From assembly GCF_009914755.1 (NCBI RefSeq), contig NC_060938.1: 64,000 bases of DNA. One strand, written 5' to 3'. The translations under genes were made by a program, and so were the position numbers. Source of the DNA: the human T2T-CHM13v2.0 reference genome, Homo sapiens. The notes under the pieces were generated by a model that had not been told where the DNA came from, did no database searches, and saw only the letters and a program-made list of their open reading frames with translations. This document shows positions 54,861 to 64,000 of the stretch, in pieces. Numbering within the stretch: position 1 is the stretch's first letter; each line of letters opens with the position of its first letter.

Positions 54861-56416
54861 CTTCATGGGCTTTCTCGACAGTATTCATGGACAGGGAGGT
54901 CATTTGAAAGCTATTGTCATTTTATCTGTCTTGAAGAGATGTCACTGGAAGCAGGATTGAATTTATTGTGTTTACCTGCATAGAGTGCTGCAAGAGTGAA
55001 ATATTAATTACTAACTTGTATTTGGCTGCATGCTTGCTGCAGCCTCTGCATGCATCAGCTCATTAAACTGTCCTAGCACCTATCACTTAGGTAGCAGCAA
55101 GACAATTTCAAGAATGGGGAAACTGACACTTAGGGACATAAATAAAAACATTTCCCCAAAGCTGCAGAGCTGGGAGAACTGGAATGAAAATCAGGTCTGA
55201 AGGAATCCAGAGTCCACTTGCTTTCCCATCCTGCTCCATGACCAAATAAAGATGGGCGGTTGTCTTAACTGGAGAAAGAGATGTCTCCTAAAAGAATGAG
55301 CTGCTGCACATGGGAGGAGAGATGCTTGCTCTTGGACCTGGGTCAGCAGGGCATGGAAACCCCGCAGTGGAGATGCCATGGAAACAATGGCTGCAACGAG
55401 AACAGCAGGACCATTTGTGCAGAGTTGCCTCAAAGGATTAGGTAAGAAACTGCATGGCATTTAGCAGGGTACCTGGCACACAGTAGGGGCTCTACATGTA
55501 AGAGCTGCTGCTATTTTTACAAGTGTTTGATTAACATGAACGCCTCAGTTCCTTCAACTCTAAGATTCCATTCTCCTTGGCTTCGTGACAGTGGAAATCA
55601 CACTACTGCATCAGGGACTCACTCTCACCACCTGGTGGCTTTGTGAATTGTCACCTGGTTCACCCTCTCTTCTCTTCTCTGCCTCTGCCAGTCATTGGCC
55701 TCATCCAAGGTCCAATAAAGCCTTTCCTCCTTCCTAAAGCCTCATCTGCCTGTGTCGGTCTCATCGATTCCTCTGATTGCTAACTGCCTGCAGGGTTTAT
55801 CCTCCCACATGCAACCCACCACTCAGTGATGCACTTTGGGTGGTTTTGTTTTGTCATCCCTTCTTGTGTGTTCATCTCATCCTTTAGGATGGATTGTAAC
55901 CTCCTTGGAGGCAGGTCAGTCAGGCAATAATAATCCTCAGCTTTGTGGGTGGACATTGTGCTTTAGGGCTTCTGAGGCCAGCATGGGAAGTGAAGAGGTG
56001 GAAGATTTAAAGTCTCTGGTGTGATCTCTGTTCTAAAGATCCACATTTCCATATAATGTCTGGATATCCAAATCTGATTCAAGTTTTCAAAAAGAATGGA
56101 GGAAGCTGGCAAGTCTGCAACTTTGTCCGCATGTTAGATCCTGGATCAAGTTATTTTAAAAGCATCTCATTTGCTTTGCTACATCCTCTGGAAGATGTCA
56201 ACCGAGCTACTGTATTCTAGCCTGGTGCAGTCTGTCCTTGACTAAGGAAGGTTGGGGAGGGAGGAACTGTGGGAGCCTCTACAATCTAGATTTTTCTATT
56301 GACAGCTTCAAGAAAAAATACAACTGGCAGCACCGTGTAATGCAGCTATGTTCTGCAGAGTGGTGTTTGTTCCTCTGTGCCTGCTGTCTGGGCAGGTGGT
56401 GTTTGTTCCTCTGTCC

Positions 56417-57549
56417 CTTGTTGCCGACCAAGGCTGCTATGGGTGCTGAGGATAAAGATACATTCTTGAGCTTATTACCAGCCTAGGACACTCCTTGTTC
56501 ATGGAAGGACTAACTTGCTGTTAGTCACTGCAATTCTGATAATCACCTAAGCAAGTGGCCTGTAGCAGCCAGGAAGGTAACATTCCACTGTGGTAACAAA
56601 TAACCCCCAAATCTTTGTGCCTTAATAAAGGTTTATATCACATCTTAAACAATTTCTACCACACATTACATGAGATGATCTCACACTTTAGTCACCGGTA
56701 TGCTTATCAGGAATGAAAATTGCTGCAGGTGGCTTGATGGAGTAGATCTTCGAAACGTGCATGGGCAGCGTCAGCGCCGTTGCATGTTTGAGAACACTGC
56801 ACTTAGACCTCCAATTGTCACCTGTCTTTAACGTCCACTTGCAAATCAATGACTTCGGTGCCTTTGTTTTTGCCACAGTTTCTGCTAATCCACTTAAGCT
56901 GGTTGATTGTCAGAAGCAATTCTGGTGGCTTTAAAAAGCATTTTACAACAAGTGTGGCCATCATCAGTATCAAGGAGAAGGCTCATCACACAGCAGATAT
57001 GAAAATGCTTTCTAATTTAAAACACTATTCCAGGGCTTCTTTGCACACACCATGAAATACTGATATATTAAACATAAAATGACAAAATATATCATGTTGT
57101 GCTAAACCACACTTCATCTTCTAAGTGATTCTTGCATTGCCAAGCAGTAGTGGGCACCACAGATTTAAGTAAAAATCATGAGAGAAGTACTTAACATTAA
57201 GAATGTCCTACTCCCCATAGGTTTTTCTTTTCCTGCTAAGTAATGAAAGAACATTGTTATTTGACCTTAGCAGCTGGACATAAATGTAGGTAAGTGCTGC
57301 GTAGACATCCAGACCTGCCTAACTTGCTGCCGACCAAGGCTGCTATGGGTGCTGAGTATAAAGATACATTCTTGAGCTTATTACCAGTCTAGGACACTCC
57401 TTGTTCATGGAACGAATAACTTGCTGTTAGTCACTGCAATTCTGATAATCATCTCAGCAATTGGCCTGTAGCAGCCAGGAAGGTAACATTCCACTGTGGT
57501 AACAAATAACCCCCAAATCTTTGTGCCTTAATAAAGGTTTATATCACAT
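56417..57549 (+). repeat. 227-bp direct duplication (56417-56643 and 57323-57549) enclosing a 679-bp segment
   Basis: Manual alignment gives 219/227 identity, no indels, offset 906 bp. Confidence 0.95.
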
Positions 57550-57975
57550 TCACACTTAGGATTGCCAGACTTAGCAAATGAAAATAGGGTGTTCAGTTAC
57601 ATTTGAATTTCAGAGAAAAAATAATTTCGTTTTAGTGGAAGTATGTCTCATGCAATATTTGAAATTGCACATTTACCTGAATTCCAATGGAAATGGGCAT
57701 TCCGCATTTTATCAGGTAGACCAACTCCCATTGCATATCCACCAAGGCAGGGGGCTCTGCTCACCTGGAACCAGGTCAGAGTCTTGAAGAAGGGAGCTCT
57801 GGAGGGTCTCCACTGGCAACCCAATGCTCTAGCCAGGAAGAAACACATATTATTTTGCTTACAACTCATTGGACAGAACTAGTTATGTGGCTTCACCCAA
57901 GTGCAAGGGGTCCAGGAAGTACAGAAAGTTCTGTGATGCACTGGGAAGCCGAGAGAAGAGCACTCAAGGAACTAC
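57467..57975 (-). mobile_element. Old MLT1 (J/K-like) LTR interrupted by MER53
   Basis: ctgtggtaacaaataacccccaaatct start, later caactcattggacagaactagttatgtggc. Confidence 0.65.
57557..57730. mobile_element. MER53-like palindromic hAT MITE
   Basis: taggattgccagacttagcaaatgaaaatag...cagttacatttgaatttcaga...aagtatgtctcatgcaatatttg. Confidence 0.75.
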
Positions 57976-58057
57976 ACGAGCTGTTTGCGTGACTGACAGC
58001 AGGAAGGAAGGGGAAAGCCTTCTAGTAGAAACGGCATCTCCTTTTTGACCTTTCCCA

Positions 58058-58531
58058 TTGTGGTCAGAAGAATAACATCCACCTGCCCCAAGATACCCTC
58101 ATCCTAATTCCCCAAACCTGTGAATATGTGACCTTGCATGGCAAAAGGCAATGTGTAGGTGTGACTAAGCAGAGGAGCTTGAGATGATGGGGAGATGATC
58201 CTGGATTATCCTGGTGGACCGGATGTCATCACAAGGGTCCTTATCAGAGGGAGGCAGGAGAGCTAGAGCAGAAGCCCTGCTGACTGAAGCAGAGGTGGGA
58301 ATGATACAGCCTTTAGCCAAAGAAAGCAGATAACCTTTAGAAGCAGGAAAAGACAAGGACCACATTCTCTCCTAGAGCTGCCAGAAGGAACATAACTCCG
58401 GGTACACCTTGATTTTAGGTCCTGGACTTAAAATGGACTTCTGACCTCCAGAGCTGTAAGATAATACATTTGTGTTGTTTAGGCCACCGAGTTTGTAGTA
58501 ATATGTTATATCAGCCATAGGAAACTAATAT
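58058..58531 (+). mobile_element. MLT1C/D-like MaLR LTR
   Basis: tgtggtcagaagaataa...acctgtgaatatgtgaccttgcatggcaaaagg...cagccataggaaactaata. Confidence 0.82.
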
Positions 58532-60393
58532 GCCCACCAAGAGAAATAGGAGACCAGCTCTGACGGTGGATTTCTGGCATGGTGGCTCCAAAACCACAAA
58601 ACCAGGCACAGAACCAGGAAGGAAGAAACTCAGGCAGGGGAACTATGAACTGGTGCCAGGATGCGGTTTCCCCTCTGACGGAGTGAAGAGCAGGCAGGCA
58701 GGCACAGGAAGGCTGAAGGGGCAGAGAGCTGCACTGAGCCTGCTGGGCTGCATTTATGCATTGGGATCACCTATATTTATTTTCTTGCTGTTATCCTTTA
58801 GAGATGAGCAAAATATCATTGAAATTTGAACTTGTTTCAGTTGTTCTGATAGAACTTTCTGGAAGTGTTGGATCCATGTTTGTCTACAGTGTTATAGAGT
58901 AGACAATGGGTTCTGGGGCTGTTAGGGTGGCAGGTATGAATAAGAGTAAGAAATCCACCGAAGGAAATAAGGAGGCTCAGAAAGAATATTTGGGGCCCCT
59001 TGATCCATTATCATGGTCCTAGATTTTGAGATTTAAGTTAATAAGGTGAAAGGTCTCATTTTTCCATGTTACTATTTCAAGAGAAAAGCCAGTTATAGAG
59101 AGTGAATGTAACTATGGCATTCAGGATTGTTATTACGGGTGACTACCATGTGACCTGCCTTCTTCTAGAGTCCCCAACCCAGACCCGGAGAGGCACAAAG
59201 ATGAATAAGAACATTACAAGGAGTTGCGGTGCTTGGAACAAATATTTGGCATGGTATAAATATTTCGTGAGTGCATGAAAAGCTTTTGAATGATTTTCAT
59301 AAACTTTTATATCTCAGTTCAGCTTTTATGTATCTAAATTTATCTGTAAAAGAAAGATGAAGGAACACTGTTATATTTTATTCTCCGTGCTTGTTCGGAT
59401 AAACCACCCCTGCCGTATTATATTTGTAGAATCAATTGCCAATTGATGATGCTCTGGAAAATCCAGTTTTATTGTTTCAGCTTCTGACCAGGTCCATGCA
59501 AATTTTAGAATCTTAATGCCCCATCTTGACCTCTCGGTGCCTTGTGGCTTCAAATTCTTGATTTGGGATTAATTCTGTCTGCTTTTATTTCCTCTTTTTC
59601 ACTACAGAACATCACTAAATTGTTCTTTTTCGCTGAGTGCTAAACATACAGCCAGGCAGGGGGATGGTTGGGGAATGGTAAGAGGGAATCAAATGGAAGC
59701 GTTGACATCCTTGCTTGTCTTAGAAGCTCCATCCGAAAGGCGCTTTGGGGGATTTTCTCGGGGGCAAACTGCTGAGTAAGAGGGAGTGACAAGCAGGCGG
59801 GCTGGACAAAGGAACGGCAGGGGGAGGGGCCAGTGGGCAAGCAAAACGTGAGTCAGGAGAAACTTAGAGTTGGATGCATTGTCCCAAGTGCTGACCCAAG
59901 GCTGCCTCTGCAGAGATGTCAGTGGGGTTTCTCTTTGGAGGATATCAAAGCATGTGGGGGCTTGTTCACCTGGGTCATTTTCTTTCCTCTCAGTACTCTT
60001 CTTCGAACCTTTTCCTAAAGGAATAACTATATCCTCCATTTCCATTGAGACTGAAGTTGAATGAAGGTCACATTCTGGAAAGCTCTTTTGGCTCCCCCTG
60101 GGTATGGGCAAGGTTCCCTCCTTGGAACTTCCACTCTGTGTGCCCCTAGCATCCTCCCTGCTGTCCACTGTGCTTAGAGGGCTGTGAGTAGGGATAGTAG
60201 TAGAGAGTGTTGACCTTTGGCAAGTGCTCCCCTGTCACACTCACACCTGTGGTCATGTCGCCACCTTCAAAGGTGCTTGCTATTGGTGGTTTGTTTTCTG
60301 TTTTGTTTTCTGGAAAGCAGTGAAAGAAATAAGTTTTGCATCCAAGGGAAAATGAGAGTGCACCCAGGATGGAGAGGACCTTTAGGAGTGAAA

Positions 60394-60395
<2 letters not shown>

Positions 60396-60431
<36 letters not shown>
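60396..60431. repeat. (AC)18 microsatellite
   Basis: Direct read. Confidence 0.95.
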
Positions 60432-60433
<2 letters not shown>

Positions 60434-62256
60434 ATATAGACGCTGTCATTTATCTGAGAAATCAGACCAGAGAAAATGGGGATAACTCTATAACCCTAAC
60501 CTACACTCTGAGCTGCTAAGACTGATATCCAGCTAATATTAAGTTGTTAGGACAGCATCTCCTAAAGACTGTTGATCGACATTACCAGGGCTCTGTAGTC
60601 AAGAAACCATGGGGAATGTTGGTTGGAACAATATTCTTTGGGTTTCCTCACTGCAGGACTTCTCAGAGCCTTTAACATGCTAATGTGCCTCATAGGTTGC
60701 AAGAAGGAGTGTAGATGTAGCATGACCAAAATCCACTTGGCTGTATGATTCTTTTTTCAAGGAGCATCTCAAAGTTCTTTTGTTCTTTGAAACAGTAATT
60801 GGGAACCTCTCTTCTCTTGTCATTCCTTTACTGGAAAGAACCCACAACTTCACGAGCGGCAGGGAGTCCTGTGTCCACAGAAATGTATCACGGGGGGGCT
60901 TTCCTGGAATAAGGGTAGAGGCAGAGAAATATTTAGCAAATGCAGAGTCTAGGCATTTTGCTGAGCTAAAGTGAGATAATTGAAATCACACTAAAGTTCA
61001 AAAGCCTCATTTGTGTACACGAGTCTAGTGCCAATTTATCTATTACTACACTTGAATAATACACAATTTTATTCAGTACTAATAGTGTGGGTATAATTAT
61101 ATGTTTTTCACACATGTAGAATTAATGGCACCAAATATAAAATAAGTAATCTGGAAAATTAGTCTTTAGGAGTTTCATCTCATATTCAACACGAAATCAC
61201 TAATGTATTTGAATATTTTTCTCCCATAAGCAGGACAAGTAATATTTAAGAAACACTTAAATGAAGACAAATGTCCCCACCAGAACTTTTTATACACTAA
61301 ATTGGTTGAAGGTGTTATTTCCTAATTATGTCAAATAAAAACTTGGGCAATTTAGTCCAGTGAGCGCAGCTGCGTTATTAAACAGTAATTTTTTCCATTC
61401 CATGAAGTATATTCAACAAACATTAAGTGAGCACTTACTATTTACAAGAAGGCATTGTCCTCAATGGCTAGAACGTGCAATGGTCAACTGCATACAGTTT
61501 GCCTGTTGGAAACTTCCAGTTTCATGGCGGGGTAAGGTGGTGTGGAGCTGTGGGTATGTGAGGCTGTCAGGCTTCTCTGATGAACAATTTCTGTTGCAAG
61601 TGACAGAACGCTGAATCCTGTGTCTTAAGTAACTGAGAAGGTGAAGGATAGACCTGACTTCAGACATGGCTGAACGCAGGCACTGAGGGTTTCAGGCAGG
61701 ACTTCAATTCTTGCCCAGTCTCCAGGTCCTGCTGCCTCTGTGCTTGCTGTGCTTTGCCCTGATGGTGGCAACGTGGCTCTAGCAGGTCCCACCTCTTCGC
61801 TCTCAGTTTCAAGTAAAGACACTAGGCTTTTCTTCCGGTAGCTTCTAAAATCGTCTCAAAACTATCTCTCATTGGACAGGCTTGGGTCACATGTCTGTGC
61901 TCCAGCCAGTGGCTGGAACCAGGGATCTCCTGAGCACTGATTGGCTTAGGCTTCGGGAAACCCCACCTAAAACACCTACACCGAAGGTGGGGAGAAGAAG
62001 GGATGTCCAAGGGGAGTTGGGTGCTCTTGTTGAGTGAAGGGGGTCCCTGTGTACACCAGTCTAGTGCTAATGTTGCAGCCCAGTGTTCCATGTCCACCAC
62101 AGATAGAGATGCAGACCTGGAAATAGACAATGACCGTGCAAAACACAGGAGAGGTGGTCTAATAGGGGCACAAGAATCCTGCTGGGAGCGGTTGGAGGAC
62201 CGAATGATGGACCTGACTGTGCAGAGTGTGCACACTGAAGGATTAAGAAGAATGTC

Positions 62257-62592
<336 letters not shown>

Positions 62593-63597
62593 TCAAGAAA
62601 CAGCGCCAGCAAAATCACAGAGGCATGACATCAATTGTGCCAAAAATCCCGAGAATTTCAGTGTGACTGGAATTCAGAGAGCCCAGAGAGATGGAGTAGG
62701 AGGCAAGGTGGTCAAGATTGTTCAGGGTTAGATCGCGGAAGGCCTTACATGTCATCAAAGGAGGCTTCTTTTGCGGGCATCTGTAAGGTTGCTAGAAAAG
62801 GGACATAAAAGTGCTGAGTGTAACTTTGCTAACTGCCTTCCATCCCATCACACTCACTAGAATCAGGTTTTCGTGATTAAACATGTTCCTTGGAATCAAA
62901 CTTGTAAAAAAAAAACTAAACTTCTTCCTATTAAAGAATAACGTTAATTGGTGAGTGTATATAAAAGAGGGTTGTATGGCCCATTGACTTTATATAGATT
63001 GAAATGCTAAGTAGGCCCAAGCAAAGCCTCGGTGGGGAAGAGAGGGTTCGCACTCATCAGCTTTATGTCCTCTTTCCTGTTTACAGCCTACCCCTTACAG
63101 TGCTCCAGAACAAGATAAACAGCGTTCTCCTTACTGCTTCCCAAAGAAAGAAAAAAGAAATAGCCCCAAATGCCACAACCCATTTCATTGCTGAGGAATG
63201 TGTTTTGGTCTGCAAACTCTATTTTCCTCCTGATGTATAGGACCAGAAAGCAAGTGACAGTCTTTGGAACTCCGTTGATAACAGAAGTCTCAGGTCCCAG
63301 CTCCCATGCTACCATTCATCCAGTCATCCATTCATTTCTCAAATATTTGTCAATGTCTACAGTATGCCTGGCATTGCTACAGGCACAGGAGATGCATTAA
63401 TGAACCAAGGCCCTGCTTTCAGGAAGCTGATATTCCAGTAAGAACAACAGACTATAACATGTAAACACAGGTGTTATGTGATGCTGGAATTTGTCAGGTA
63501 TGAAGGGAAAGGGCAGGGCAAGATATGGAGTGTGGAGGGACCTGCTATTTCCCATGGACATGGGAAGATCTCACAGCGGCCTGAATACAGGGAGGAG

Positions 63598-64000
63598 TAA
63601 GTTAGGCTGGGTTCTTCAGAGAAACAGAACCAATAGGATGGAGAGAGAGAGAGAGAATAAGGAGTTGGCTCAAGTGACTGTGGAGGCTGACAAGTCCCAA
63701 GATCTGTACACAGCAAGCTGGAGGCCCGGGAGAGTGGATGATATAGTTGCAGTCCAAAAGCAGGCAGGCTGGAGACCTAAGAGTGGATGTTTCCATCTGA
63801 GTCCAAAGTCTGGAAAAGACGAGTGTCTCACCTCAAGCACTCAGGCATGAGGAGTTTCCTCTTACTCACACTTTTTATTCTATTCAGGCCTTCGGTGGAT
63901 TGGACCAGGCCCCCCTACATGAGGGAGGACAATCTGCTGTGCTCAGTCTACTGATGCAAAATGTGTGTCCCTAAGAATTTCATCCTGAAATATACTCACA
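63598..64000 (-). mobile_element. MLT2C/D-like ERVL LTR running off the window
   Basis: gggttcttcagagaaacagaaccaatagga...ggaggctgacaagtcccaagatctg...gagggaggacaatctgct. Confidence 0.78.

Noticed and set aside
56644-57322. Processed pseudogene or retrocopy
   Set aside because: No poly-A/T tail and no recognisable protein similarity in any listed frame.
56417-57549. Novel miniature LTR element (TRIM-like): the repeats can be read TG...AATAAA...CA
   Set aside because: No primer-binding site after B1, no polypurine tract before B2 and no flanking 4-6 bp TSD. The repeat ends in the middle of an older MLT1 that continues past B2.

Overview
Human genomic DNA, judged from a perfect-consensus AluYa5 and an AluYc1-type insertion. 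I find no credible protein-coding exon, tRNA, rRNA or CRISPR array. The listed ORFs are explained by Alu, L1 or LTR sequence, simple repeats, or GC-rich open frames. The window starts in a CpG island (~570-1640) and runs into ~62 kb of repeat-rich non-coding DNA (Alu, L1, L2, MIR, MaLR/ERVL LTRs, hAT and Tigger fossils). Several long AT-rich blocks have no recognisable repeats and carry developmental TF motifs, an architecture typical of a gene desert beside a developmental regulator. I cannot name the locus from the sequence alone, and I see no evidence of a new multi-gene system. The most unusual items are: (1) a 679-bp segment bracketed by a 227-bp, 96.5%-identical direct duplication with further breakpoint scars; (2) a short templated insertion copied from ~960 bp away; (3) a THE1B LTR with 13 CpGs while its sibling copy has none; (4) two very young Alus; (5) two 150-210 bp homopurine/homopyrimidine tracts grown from Alu tails, one with (GAA)24; (6) an intact MLT2A solo LTR; (7) a degenerate 45-bp minisatellite. 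Repeat family calls were made by eye from remembered consensus sequences, and boundaries of old elements are approximate.
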